DNA of 64,000 bases from assembly GCA_976551045.1 (NCBI GenBank), contig CDPCPM010000078.1:4526001-4590000 (forward strand). Direction: 5' to 3'. A program made the position numbers and the translations under genes. The DNA comes from Glaucostegus cemiculus. Taxonomy: Eukaryota. Below are positions 24,150 to 37,452 of this stretch, piece after piece. The first letter of the stretch is position 1. Every line of letters starts with the position of its first letter. The notes below the pieces were generated by a model, which was not told where the DNA came from, ran no database searches, and was given only the letters and a program-made list of their open reading frames with translations.

Positions 24150-25010
24150 GAAGTATGCAAGTATATAAGATTAAAGGTATAGATAGGGTAGATAGTCAAA
24201 ATCTTTTCCCTGTGGTAGGGGTATCAAAAACAAGAGGGCGTAGGTTTAAGATAAGAGGAAGGACAATAGACAATAGGAGCAGAAGTAGACCATTCGGCCC
24301 TTCGCGTCTGCTCCGCCATTTTGAGATCATGGCTGATCCTCAACACTCAATATCCCGTTCCTGCCTTGTCCCCATATCCCTTGATTCCCCTACCTATAAG
24401 AAACCTATCTAGCTCCTTCTTGAAAGTGCCCAGAGAATTGGCCTCCACTGCCCTCTGAGGCAGTGCGTTCCACAAACTCACAACCCTCTGGGAGAAGAAG
24501 TTTTTCCTCACCTATGTCCTAAATGGCCTACCCCTTATTCTTAAATCATGCCCTCTGGTCCTGGACTTACCCAACATCTGGAACATATTTCCTGTCTCTA
24601 TCTTGTCCAGTCCCTTAACAATCTTGTATGTTTCAATCTGATCCCCTCTCAATCTTCTCAATTCCAGCGTGTACAATCCCAGTCTATCCAACCTCTCTGC
24701 ATAAGACAGTCCCGACATCCCCGGAATTAACCTTGTAAACCTACGCTGCACGCCCTCTATAGCCAGGACATCCTTCCTTAACCCCACGGGGATCTAAGTT
24801 TTTTTTTTACAGAGAGAATAGGTGTTATCTGGAACGCACAACAGAGGAGGTGGTGGTATCAGATACAATTACCACGTTTAAGAGGTGTTTAGCAGACACC
24901 TAAATAGGCAGAGCATAGCGGGATAGTGTTCTAATACAGACAAATGGGATCGGACAAAAAGGTCAGCATGAATATAGTTGGCTGGAGGGCCCATTGCTGT
25001 GCTGTACGAC
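24150..25010 (+). mobile_element. CR1 3' fragment split by an antisense CR1
   Basis: VYKIKGIDRVDSQNLFP...KTRGRRFKIRG, resuming after 24786 (ggggatct...tttttttacagagag) to a tail at ~25010. Confidence 0.8.
24262..24786 (-). mobile_element. Younger CR1 3' fragment nested in CR1
   Basis: LRKDVLAIEGVQRRFTRLIPGMSGLSYAERLDRLGLYTLELRRLRGD...TRGH; (CTATTGT)n tail on the minus strand. Confidence 0.9.
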
Positions 25011-26289
25011 ATTAGGTGAAACACAATCAGAGCTTTGAGATATGACTGAGGCATTATGTTAGCATGGTTTATTTTCAGCTAATGTTGAGACCCTTTTGAA
25101 ATAAGGAAAATACTTGGGGGCAGAAATCAAGTGCTTACTAATTGTGAGTTGAGAGGTGGGGAATGACTACTTTTGAAGAATACTTTTTCATCTTCAAAAC
25201 AGTATAAAAGATGAAGTAACTTCTCATTGATCATATGAAAATAGCTTAACTCCTGACACAATTGGTGAAGGTGTTGTAATCACCCAAGGATATTGGTATA
25301 CTCAGTTGTGCATTTTGTTTGAAATATACTTTGTAGCACACTCCCCCAAATCACCATAGTGATTACTGCCCTATCTAAACACAATTATTAATACTGGGAT
25401 TATAAAAGGACTGATTAACCAAATACATTAGCTTGATTTAATAGAGCTACTGTTAAGTGCTGCAATTATTTTGCATCTTGTATCTCCCTTTAGCAACACT
25501 TACTGTACCACTGATAGCAAAATTTGCAAATGTGGACTATCATGAAGTAGAAGAGAAAATAGTGTAAATACTCAGCAATTGTGGCATTACCTTCACTAGG
25601 CATTACCAGCATGTCCTGTTCCTATGTCAGATTAAAATCATGGCTCACTGTGTACACAACAGACTTTTAAAAGATGAATCCTCTTTCCAATTGTTGGAAA
25701 ATTGACATGCGGCATTACAGATACTTGCTTTTAAATGAGGAGGTCCTTTTGCACTCATTTGCAATAGAGACAGTCTCACCGGAAATCATTAAACAGCTCA
25801 AAGTCAATAACATTAATGAAATTGTGACTGTTGGCTAACTCAGACAATAGCTGTATTAACATCCTCAGGCTGCTAGATTTTCAAGACCTGTTGTGTTAGA
25901 ACTACCTATCTGTAGTTTGTATGCTGCAACTAATGGGGGTCCACTGGTGCAGAAACTAATGTTTGTTGGCTAAATCTAAAAATACTTGACTTTCTGTGGC
26001 AGCTTTTCTGCCAAAATGCTAGCACCTCCTCTCCTTCTGTTGCTTTCTCTCTCTCATTCCTCCAGCTTCCAAATACACTCTTTTTTTCCTAATGGTTCTC
26101 CACGAAAATATTTGGCAGAGGAACTTGAGGCAAGTGCACCGCGCAGGTATGCAGTGGTGTTAATTCAGGCTTCTTCAGTTCTCCAAACAATTCTTGTGCT
26201 CCCCTTCCACTTTGTTTTAACCATTGCACTTAGCATATTCAATGTTCGTGTCACATCACATCTAATTCCACTTCAGGAAAAGTTATACT

Positions 26290-26998
26290 TTTTAATTTAA
26301 AGCACAAATATCAAAACTGATAATAGTAGATACTTGTTCTCTCTTACTGTCTATACAGGTTTTTTTAAATTTTAATATAATAATTCATGTGTATTATTTT
26401 AAACAAGACCTATTTAATAAACAGTCACTCTCAGCCTTTCCCGCCGTCCCCAACCTTTAGCGAGTAAAGGTTAAATGACAGTGCAAATGTACAAGAATGC
26501 ACTAACGTTTTGTATTCTTTCTACAAAACCTATTGTTTTAGGATGGTCTCACTTGCACAGTTTTCAATCAGGATATTTGGTGTTGACCATTTTATAGAAT
26601 TGTTGTGATGTCATTGCAAAAGCACTTCCTTCCCCATTCTTAAAGAATGATACCATTCTGCCTTTTGAGTTTTCAGTAAATATTTGCCAATTCCCATTAT
26701 AAATAGGACTTTCTCAGCAGTTAACCTTGCTTAACTAGCAAGACAGGTTAAAACATCCCAACCAAGCTTGCCTAAGGTCTTGTAATGACATCACAGACTG
26801 GGCTTACTTCCAATCCATTTCCGTTTCCACAAAGTTGCTGAATTGGTACGTTGTGCAGTGCTGCAGTTCTTCAGCTGAGGAACCAGAGTCAGTGTTGTGC
26901 AGGCAAGCATCCAATCCAGGGAACAAGGTTTTACACTGAATCATAACCCTCCAGTCAGCATTCCAATTGTCCGCACAATCCTGGAGTATTAGATCCCT
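26290..26998 (-). other. TTC9: Probable TTC9 3' UTR (3' end uncertain)
   Basis: Repeat-free sequence downstream of the stop codon. Minus-strand ATTAAA candidates at 26413-26418, 26371-26376 and 26291-26296. The UTR could extend further. Confidence 0.45.
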
Positions 26999-27078
26999 TT
27001 ACAGTGCTTCTTTCTCCTTCTGCGAGCTTCTGCTGAGTTTCATCTCCGCTAGCTGGATGTATCGGATCACATTTGTAT
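26999..27078 (-). CDS. TTC9: Tetratricopeptide repeat protein 9 (TTC9/TTC9A), last coding exon
   Basis: Acceptor ttcttttcttgttcaaatgcAG; reads (D)TNVIRYIQLAEMKLSRSSQKEKEAL*, TAA at 26999-27001. Phase matches the upstream exon (G|AT = Asp). Matches the recalled TTC9 C-terminus. Confidence 0.95.
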
Positions 27079-27674
27079 CTGCATTTGAACAAGAAAAGAA
27101 CAAGAGTAAAGATGGCCCAATCTGCACTGTTTGCATGCACAAATAATGTTTAAGTTAACAAAATTTCCCCTTCTCCAGGCACCATAGATAAATGCACCAT
27201 GCTGGCAGGCTGACTCACATTCTTGACCATAACAACAGAGCATGGTCTGCCCTCATTCAACATCCAATCTTATGCATGTTCAAAGAGGGAGTGAATGGAT
27301 TGAGCTCTTCTGCAGACATTGTGCCCGAGTTTCCCCACGTACTTTGTCTATTGCTGAGGCCAATTAGAATAACACAATTATCTCCTGCACTTAAAGTATC
27401 TATCTTGTTCATAGATCAGGCATCAAATCTTGAACCATCTTGTTCTTATATCTCATGGCAAAAAAAATGCCACAAAAAAAAAATCAAGTATTTGTATTAT
27501 GCTCAAAATTGCCAAATACCTCCTGGTGATAGGCCATCACTAGAATGGATACGGCACACACCACCTCTCCTAGGCTTTCTTTGAATGTTGTTTCAAGTCA
27601 TTAAAACATAAGAATAAGGGTGGAGAAAGAAACACAAATGAATTTAGAGTTTTCAAGGGAAGAAACCCAAACAG

Positions 27675-28350
27675 TTTGAGTACAAGAGCAAAGATGTCTT
27701 ACTACAATTATAGAGCCTTGCTAAGACCATTCTGGAGTAGTGTGTACAGTTTTGCTCTCTTTACCAGAAAAAAGGGTACAGCTGCTCCACAGTGAATGCA
27801 GCAAATATCATCAGACTGGTTCTGATGGCAAGTCTGTCATATGAGGGGAGATTGAGGAGGTTAGCCCTCTATTCTTCACTGTTTAGAAGAGTGAGAGTTG
27901 GCCAGATACATGGATAGGAAAGGCTTAGAAGGGTGTGGGTTAAATGCTGGCAAATGGGACTAGCTTGGATGGGGCATGTTGGTCGGCATGGACCAGTTGG
28001 GCCAAAGCGCCTGTTTCCATGTTGAGAGGTGACTTCTTATGTCAGAGGTCTTGACAGGATAGATACTGGATGACATTTCCCCCTGGCTGAAGAGCCTGGA
28101 ACATAGTCTCAAGATGAAGGATTAACCATTTAGAACTGTAAAGAAAAGAAATTTCTTCACTCAGAGTATTGTGAATCTTTGTAATTTTCTACCCTGGAGG
28201 GCTGTGGAGACTCAACCACTGATTCATTTGAAAAAGAGACTGATACAAGGAATAAGGTATAGGGCAGGAAAATGGTATTAATGTAGAAGATTTGCTATGA
28301 TCTTGTTGTGGCAGAGCAGACTTCAGGGAATGACTCCTGGTTTTTCCTGA
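27675..28350 (+). mobile_element. Decayed CR1 fragment with a second CR1 tail inserted at ~27900-28022
   Basis: gagtacaagagcaaagatgtc...agaccattctggagtagtgtgtacagttttg; internal tail gttgggccaaagcgcctgtttccatg. Confidence 0.7.
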
Positions 28351-28689
28351 TGTTCTGGTAACAGAAGTGGATCATCAGTGATTACTGAGTATCAGTTTTA
28401 GCTAAGCTCAGTATGCATGATATGCGGCAACATAGAGTAATCAGAAGCAGCATATAGATCTAGACACAAAGTGGCAGGCAAAGTGCCCTGAAAGAGTGAA
28501 TATTCTACACTGTTGGTTAGTTAATTTTCTTCTTCAGTTGATTTTTTTTAATGTGTCACAAGCATGTTTAAAATGGAATGATGTGTCTATGCATGAATAT
28601 ATTGCAATAGTGGGCCAGTATACCAATACAAAATAAATACTTTGCACTTTAATAGAATGCAAAAGGTTAAACAATTAAGATATCTTTAT

Positions 28690-28945
28690 TAAGAGGTGTG
28701 TTTTAAGGAACATCTTAAAGGAGAGAGAGAGAGGTGATGAGGCATGGAGGTTGAGGGTAAGAATTTCAGAGCTTGGAGCCTTGTCAGCTGGAGACACAGA
28801 CAACAATGAAGAATCAAAGAAAGTAGCGCTCCCACAGTAAGGGAGACTTGAAGAAGTGCAGAAATCTCATGGTGTTATGGGGCTATAAGAGGTTATAGAG
28901 GTAGAGGGAATGGGACTATGTTGTGAATTGAAAACGAAGATGAGA
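28690..28945 (-). mobile_element. L2-like LINE fragment
   Basis: Similar to 41045-41360 (aagagg...ttttaagg...agaatttcagagctt); old and degenerate. Confidence 0.45.
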
Positions 28946-28999
28946 AGCAGTCATGTCACATTTTTCATATTTATATTTTCATATTTTTCTACAACACCA

Positions 29000-29180
29000 G
29001 AAGCTGTTTGGCCTATTGAATCGCTGCTAGCTCTCAGATCAATACTATTCCCCACAGTTCCTTAGAACCCATTCTCTCTCTCACACCCATCAACTGTACC
29101 CTGATTGTCCTGTCACCCACCTACACTCAGGGTAACCTACAGTAACCAATTAACCAGCCAACCAGCATGACTTTGGGAGT
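29000..29180 (-). mobile_element. V-SINE 3' half
   Basis: cacccacctacactcagggtaacctacagtaaccaattaacc...ctttgggag, shared with the other minus-strand SINE copies. Confidence 0.6.
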
Positions 29181-31269
29181 CAAATGCAAGTTTCTTGTAT
29201 GGCTATGTATTGTGGAATCAGGATAAAGAAATCAACCTTAAACCAGCATAGAATAGTAGTAAGCCAAACAATTTATAACTTACAAAGATTAAACCTGCTC
29301 ACTGTAACCCAATTATTTACAGTGTAATGTCAAAATTGGACCCTCTGTGGGCACATTCCAGGTAATTATGCAACAGTTGCCTCCTCCTGAGCATGGGAGT
29401 TCACTGGATTAACAACGTGTTTGAGTAAGGAAAGGGATCCATGAAAACCTGCCAACACCTGGGATGTTCTCTACAGTGAATATTCCAAAGCATATGTTTA
29501 CAATACCCTCCATCTGTACACTAACTTTTCAAAAGAAGATCCATCTTCATTGTCTTTGCTTCACAAGCCAAGTTGCTGCAGCATTCTACATTCCTATATA
29601 ATGAAGTTAATGAGGTGATCATACTTCTGGGTTGCAGCTTGATCCCACAACCTTGTGACTCAGAGCCAAGAATGTTAATGCTGACACAAAGACAGCCCCT
29701 CTCGTATCGGTGAATGCTAGTCCAGCGGGATGCTGTCACAGTATCTGAGTTTTGTAAGCTGACACAAGCACAGGTGTCCAATCAAAGGGTGAGCAGTTCA
29801 CATCTGTACTAAGTGACTTACTGGATTTACAAGGCCCAACTCACGTAACCACAGTCAGTCAGGAAATGAGGTATAAACCGAATGGAGTGCAAAACTTCCA
29901 GTAAATGGTTCATCTTTGTTAGGTCAATAAATTTGAGAAGTAATATGGATCCATTTCTGTCAATTCTCACTCATTTGGTGTGTATCTCACATCAGATACA
30001 GATGTCCCCTTTGTGTAGGTAATGTTCCAGCTATTATTGGAGTAGATGGGAGGAACCTCTGCTCAATCTGCATTTACCAAATGTTCAACATAATGGTAGG
30101 AAGCATCGTACTCCTTTCTTGAAATTTAATTCCTTGACATCATCGAAGCCAATTTCAGCAGTGGAGTACAACATGCAGGCACTATAGTATTCAGTATCTG
30201 TCGCTACTGGCCAACGTGCAGCTACCTTAAAATTTGAAGCATATTTAAAACCCTTGAGGAAAACTTCTAATGTAGGGCTTATATGACCATAATGAATTCT
30301 GGCACAAACTGGCCACAGTGAGTACTTTTTCCCCTTTATTTTCTTAGTTGTGAAAAAGCAGAGGGAAGCACCTAGAAACTCCACAGGTAAATTCAGTAAA
30401 GGAAAGACAGATAGAGAAAAAGTCTCTAAACTCATTAGAGTTCTAAGTCTCTAAAGAACTTAGAGGTTTCCTTGTTCCTCTCTATTTATCTCTGGGTGGT
30501 GAGAGTGGATAATAGGGAGGAATAAGGCAACTTTGTTCATAAGATTTAACTGGCAGATGCAAAGTGTACTTGTTAGCCATATGTTATTTCTTCAGTGTGA
30601 GATGACTCCTCTAAAGCACAGCTCCCAGGTGACAACCTGACACTCAGAATCTTCCCATTATACATGCCTGCCTGTATGTCGAGAACAATTAGAGGTTGTT
30701 CTCAGAAAAGAACAAAATCCAAAATAGCAAAAAGTGTATTGTCCAACTGCAAAAAAAACCCCCCTCTGAATATCAGTCATTCAGAATGAACAAAAGTCCA
30801 TCTATTCTTATTTTAAGGCAATAAATGTGGAACTCCGATCATAAATGGCCTCCATCACTGAATACAATCCATAATAAAACCTTTCCACCATGGCCAGCAA
30901 ACGTTGCCTACAGGGTTCCTGCTGACACATTCCTGTTTGCTGGTTAACTTAGCCTTCAGATTGACGTTAAGAACAGAATCTAAAGATAAACCATCTGAAG
31001 GTGAAAGTGTGGCACAGCTGGGCTATCTGAGGGCAGCTCATGCAGAACTGGTTTCATCAGCAGAAATCTACATCTCTGGATTTGACTCTTGAGTATAAAC
31101 ATTTTATCAGACCTGGAATCGCCCACTCTAGTTGGACTGCACTTTGGGAGGTGTCATGCACCCACGTCATCCTTCTCCCATTGGTTCTGAATATATCAGT
31201 CAGCAGTATTGAATGCTGTACTCACAATCATTTATGCTCTGCAAACTACAACATACATCATGCAGTTTT

Positions 31270-31889
31270 ACCGAGACATGTTTGCACCTGCACTGCATTG
31301 CTTTGCAGACACAGGTTGGCCCTGTTTGTGAGTGTCCCCATAGGGTTTTCCTGGACTGCTCGCAGGAGTCATAGGACATAGTCATAGTGAAGATCATAGG
31401 TGTCTCTCTACCCTCTACTGCAGATATATATAAGGTTCGATGTGTTAGAAAGGCCACAAATATAATGTCGGACTCTTCTCACCCCTCATACCATCTCTTC
31501 GCACTCTTGCCGTCTGGAAGAAGGCTCAAGTGCATCCGGGCAAGGACAACTAGACCGTGCAACAGCTTCTTCCCACAAGCTATTAGAACTGTGAACTCCC
31601 TCATCCCTCCGTCACTCCCGCCAACACTAAAGGATGCTAGGCGGACAGAAACACACCAGCACTTTAAATGTCCGCTGCTAGTATGCTCACTTTAAGATTA
31701 TTTACTTAAGTTGTGTAATTTAATTTTTGTGCTTCTAATGTTTTTAGCGTCTCTCTGTCTTTGTGTCTCTCAGTGTTCGTTTCTTTCTTTTTTTTAATGT
31801 GACGTGCACCTTGACCTGAGGAGTACGGTATTTCGCTCCTATGCATTCTGTACGTGTATATAGTAGTGACAATAAAGACTGATTCTGAT
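31270..31889 (+). mobile_element. Rex1/Babar LINE 3' fragment (distinct subfamily)
   Basis: KIIGVSLPSTADIYKVRCVRKATNIMSDSSHPSYHLFALLPSGRRLKCIRARTTRPCNSFFPQAIR; aataaagactgattctgat tail. Confidence 0.88.
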
Positions 31890-33254
31890 GAGAGCTCAGG
31901 GATCCTTTAAACTAGGAAAGCTCCCAGTAAATGAGTGCTGGCAACCCAAACAGAACCTTATCCTTCAAAATGCATTGGTCCGTTCCCTAACCCCAAGTAG
32001 TCAGTACTTGTCAGTTTAATTCACCTGCAGTTCCTATGACTAATAATTCTTTTCCTGCCAGGAACCATATATATTGGATTGCTATGAATCATGGTGTGCA
32101 CCAGAGAGTGTTAATTCAGGTATATCCTTTTTATACTTGTGCTCAACCCAAAGTACAGGTGTTATTAGAGCACAACAGCAATAGTCATGTAATTGATGTA
32201 GAATACTTAACTGGTGGCATCTTGTCCCAAGGGGCATTTCATCTGTCCCTGAAAGCCTAATTTACCAGATGTAAATTGGATAGAAATACATCAGACTCTG
32301 GAACCAGGACTGATGTGGCTGCATTGATTAATGAGCCTGGCTGATTTTACAATTCGTTAGTCTGATCTGGATCATGATACGAGTCAAAGAAGCTACATTT
32401 AATGTTAAATTGGGGGGAAATAAAGGGAACTCGCTGCTGCCACACATACATCCATGTCAACACACCTGACGTGGAGAACATCAGCCAGAACTTATCAGAA
32501 AATTCATTTAACCCCATCAATTTTGCAAAAATAAATCTTGTTGCAGAGTACTGCCTGTAGACAGCAAGGCATTGAAACAATTCAATTGTATGTAGATGGA
32601 AGTCTAATTGTATGTTCTTCTCATAGGCGTTGAAGTCAATAAGTGGCTTAAAAGCTCCCAGTCTTGATCTAAATGTTCCCAGCTGTGATGTTCTGCTTTA
32701 TTTCATAGCTGTGAGTGAACAGCTCATCTTGTCTATTTTTATCACCTTGAATCGGGGTTGTGAGGTGACTAGTTAAAAAATGTTTTTTTTCATATAACAT
32801 TGTAGAGAACATTGCACAGTGAAACACATCAAAACTAGATTCCAGCTAAAAATTAAGTGAGGCTTGAATTTTTCCATTTGCTTCAGTCTGGGGGCATTTT
32901 CTTGGTTTTGATTAGTAGTTGCCAAAACTGTATATTTTTTCATTTTGAGCTTCAGTCTCTATAAAGCACAATTAAATTGAAATTGGTAGTAATTAAACAC
33001 ATACAAAAAGTCATGTAAATTGCCTATAGCATGGGGGGGGGGGGGTTGTAGGAGAATCAAAGGAGAGTTGATGCTCAAGGGATAGAAAATAGTGGAAAGG
33101 GATTAATGGGTTCACCCTGAGAGCTAGTATAGACTTGATGAACTGAATGCCTCCTTCTATGTCAATAGGATAAATGAAATAATAATATGCAATTAACCTG
33201 AATTGTTTGCCACTTGCCCCTCCTTGAGCTATCTAATTACATTTACATTGCAGT

Positions 33255-33577
33255 ATTATGATGGCTTCCCAGGTTACAAGTGACCTGACATACAAAAATC
33301 TGACTTTACGCAAATTTTCCCATCCATTTTTAAAACATTTTTCAAGGTAGTAATAAGAATTATAAAATTTTTCATGGTGTTCATTAACGACTAGATACAG
33401 TATATATTCCATTAGTTTAATTACAGGTAGTGTTACAGTGATTATTCAATGAAATGAAAGAATTATAGTAAGTGATACAATATGGGTAGGTATAGCAAAT
33501 GGACATTTCTGACTTATGGAGAAATTGTCACACAGACAACTTGCTCTCAGGAATGGAACACTTATGTAGCCTGTATA
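33255..33577. mobile_element. Possible Tigger/pogo-like non-autonomous DNA transposon
   Basis: cccaggttacaag...tgactttacg left end and tctgacttatgga...ggaatggaacacttatgtagcctgtata right end around an AT-rich core; degenerate. Confidence 0.4.
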
Positions 33578-33807
33578 TTTTAGTGATCTGCTTTATTTTA
33601 GTAATGATGAATCCTTGGGAAGATGAGTAAAAATGATATACAGTGTTAACAGAGAGGCTTAAGTAGTTGACCAACACAAGACCAACTGTGATGGAATCAA
33701 CCTTGCCCTTAGTTTGATCTGCTCCATTGATAACATGATTACTACAATCTGCCAATTAAGATAGACTTCATCTGCACATTCTTATTATGGCATTTTAAAA
33801 AAAGTCA

Positions 33808-34115
33808 TTCAACACATCAAATCTGTGCCAGCTCACAGCAGAACATTCCAGTTGGTCCCATTCTCCTTCTGCCTTGTAACTTATTCTCTCTCAAAAGCCT
33901 ATCAATTCTCCTTCTGCTCTTTTCCATGTACCTACACCAAGAGGTCATTTACAATAGCCAATTAACATATCAGCGCATCTTTGTGATGCGGGAGGAAATC
34001 GTGGCACCCAGTGGAACCCACGTGGTCATGGGAAGAATGTACAAACGCCAGAGACAGTACCTAAGGTCAGGACTGAACTCAGGTCCCTGGAGCTAAGAGA
34101 CAGCAGCACCAACTG
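33808..34115 (-). mobile_element. Old V-SINE
   Basis: tgcgggaggaaatcgtggcacccagtggaacccacg is the reverse V core; head at ~34060-34115. Confidence 0.75.
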
Positions 34116-36284
34116 TAAATGACAAACCTTTGCAAGGTCAAGTACCAATAGGAAATTGGCATTTGGCTGTGCCGATACAAAAGTGTTATTCAGCTGGAGG
34201 CCATAACGTTCTTTACAGTTGTGCTGGGATTCAGTATTGTCAAAAATGTCGGGAATATTTCAACTTGGTTTACAGAATAAAGAGAACATGGCAAAGGCTT
34301 ATCATGAACTCAAAGTAGGCCGAATACCTAATTAAAGCTCAAATATACATTTGCTCTAGTCTTGAGTGTCTCAGGATTTTAGTACAGCGAATACATCTGT
34401 GGAAAAATTAATTGGACAAGAAGAATGATAAATGCAGGGTCCCTTGAACTAATGAAATAAAAGAGAAAAGTCAAAGCTAATAATGTTGAAACAAAATGGA
34501 ATCTCACGTATATTGTTCAGGAGACACAAGAGATTGTTGCTGCATTGGATGGTAATAAATCAAAAGGCAGATAAAGGGCAATCTGTCCAGATAATGAGGC
34601 ATTTTTAGTAGAAATAGAGAGAGAGCAAAATGTGCTGGAACCTAATTTTAAAGCAAAAATTAGACAATGCATGGATACGCATTGAGAATGAGATGATCAA
34701 ATTGTTCATTAGATATCAAACAATGTCTTCACAATGTGGGGCAAATTTTCCAATTGCAGCATTTCCTGTAGTTGATCTAACAATCTAATGCTAACCCCCA
34801 ACCTTTATGAACTTCTCACTTAGTGGTTGCCACTAAAGGAGGAACAGACACTCTGGGTCAGCAACCCATCTCCATTCCAATCCTAACCACAGTTTTGCCT
34901 GTAGATGTCCTTGACTCTTGGCCTGGTAACCAGAGAGGTGCGGTTCAAGTGCTATTAACCACTTCCACATCGTCTCCCCCACCTCTTCCACTTAACATGC
35001 TGGCTCATAACTGGTCCCTTGCCCAGGTGGCCACTACAAACATGCACATGCAAACCTGAAGCTTTAATGCTCATGGACTAGCTGACCACCAAGAGAATCA
35101 CAGCATGTTCCACGCAAAGGAAATATGCAAGAGGTGGAGAAGTGATGAGGGTGTACACTATTTTGTCTAATGATAACAACTGTGGCTCAGTCAGAGCCCA
35201 TCCTGCCTCTGAACTGGAAGGTTCACGCCTCACTCCAGAGAAAAGAACACAAAAGCATTGGCTCCCACAGGATGCTACACTGAAGGAGTACAGTGCTGAC
35301 TTACGAGATGCTAAACAGAGGCCCTGTCTCCTCTTTGGTGGGCACCTGCCTCTACTAGATGAGAACAATACTAAAGCAAGGCAATTTGGCCCATATTAAC
35401 ATACTGTGATTTCTCACCATGGTAGAAGAAACAAGTTGGTGAGAGGATTGTACTGGTAAATAGGGGTGGTGTTGGCGATAGCCTCCCTTGAGAGGATCAT
35501 GTGTGGGGGCAAGGGGTGGGGGAGAGTTTTATAATGATGGAAATTTAAAGACACATACCTGGAGGAAGGTCAGTGCAGCTCTTTAACTATTTCCAAAGTT
35601 GCCCCAACTTTTGGTCTGGATGGCTGTCAGCAACTTGAGCGCATGTTGAAATTCCGTGCAAATGATATCAGATGAACGTGGCGTGTTGTCTGGCATCACT
35701 GCACAAGCCCAGGTGCCATCACTTGCTGGAGTGTCACACAGGCAGAATTTTAGACTGTGTTTATCCACCCTGACCTTGAAAGGGTACTTCAAAGCCAAAA
35801 GGTTTGGGCCATAAATATGCCAGGCCCAGTAAGGATGCCAGCTTTCCTTCCCTGAAGGACATCAGTGAACCAAGGAAGTTATTATTGATTCTAGCCTTGC
35901 ATTTTAGATTTATTTAAAGTCAAATGTTTTCACCCCCTGCCTACTGGCTCTGAAAAATTTAAGATGCAGTTTTTCTCATGAGAGATACTGTGGTAATAAA
36001 TAAAATGGGAAAAAAAATTATCAAAGGAGAAAAAATGCATTTATTTTTGACCAGAATTCCAAAATGTGAGAGCTGCTCATCGCTTGAACTATTTATCAAA
36101 TGGCTGAATATCAGTGACAGAAGCTTGCAGCTGAAAGTTCCATGGGATCACCTTCTGCCCTCAGGGACAGTTACGGGGGAGGGGGGGCGGAAGAGGGCAC
36201 GGCGAGGGAGGGGGCGAGGGGGAGAGGGAATCATCCGATCTGCATAGCCTTTGTGCAACTCAATGAGCCAATGAAAGTCAAAAA

Positions 36285-36445
36285 AAACTACAGATGCCAG
36301 AAATCTGAAATAAAACAGAAAATACTGGAGACACTCAGCAGCTTAGGCAGCATCAGTTGAAAGAGAAATAAATTGAAGAGGCGAAGAGGCTCCGATCTGA
36401 ACTTTATTTCAGTTTCTCTTTCTGCAGATGCTTTCTGTCCTGCTG
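36285..36445. mobile_element. Miniature inverted Penelope-type terminal pair
   Basis: Minus arm cagatgccagaaatctgaaataaaacagaaaatactggagacactcagcagcttaggcagcatc is followed directly by plus arm tctgaac...tttctctttctgcagatgctttctgtcctgctg. Confidence 0.6.
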
Positions 36446-37452
36446 TTTTGAACAGTTTCAGTGAGCTAGGGGTGAGGGTGGAATCTTACATTTCTACCGT
36501 TGCACATCAAGCTTGCTATATCAGGGAAATGGGTTGAATCTTTGAGATAGATTGCAGCTGGATTCCAATTGGCTGAGGATAATTAATAAAGCATGTTGAA
36601 ACAGAGAAAAGACATTGGAATACAAGATCTAATTTCAGGCTCTTATTTTCTATAGAGAAAGCAAGCACTATTGTGGTCCCCAGACTCTCTTTCATAAGTT
36701 TGTTCAGATAAACACTGAACTCAGTTACCATTAGCAATACTTCATGTTGTTTTTCAGCAGTTAAAATTATTGATGATGTGTTGCCTGGCTTCAACTCCAC
36801 AGATAATTAGGTGAAAAAGTAAAAGCCCTTCACTTAGCATCTGCATTGCAAATGATAATTTTAAACAATGACTATTCTGTAACCTGCAGATTATTCAATA
36901 ACTTCCACTGGTACTCAGGGTGATGTGTGGTGCTGGGTTAACTTCTGCACTGTACTTTTTACATGGCAAACTTCGAAGGTTACAGCACCATGTTTACCCT
37001 AAGTCTGTGTAAACTTGCACAAAGTTGTCAGAAATAATGTTTAGGATTCCAATGATAACTATCCATTTCTATTTGGGAAACCTATTTAGCAAGGAAACTA
37101 TAATCCTACTGAGCATCACTATAATCCTAAAGCATGGGAGAGAAAGATAACTGCTTAATCACTGCCTTAATCACCACCAGTTAATTTGCTTCATGCTTTA
37201 GAGGCAGCAAGGCATTTGCTCTAGAGTAACATTCTGAACTGATGCTGGCACTTATGATGTTATTCTTGATGCCAGAACAAGAGGAGTTTGTTACAAAATG
37301 TCATTTTCTCATCTCCCAATCATCACCATCTGCTCAAGGGTCCAACCACGTGACAAGCAGCAATTTGAGGAAGAATGAGAAATGAAAGGATTAAATCTGA
37401 AATCTAATTGACATAGCACAAGAAAACCATTGACTTTGGTATTGGAGCTAAC

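Noticed and set aside
34790-35760. Possible further Harbinger remnant (VLDSWPGN)
   Set aside because: Only one short motif; not enough ordered similarity.
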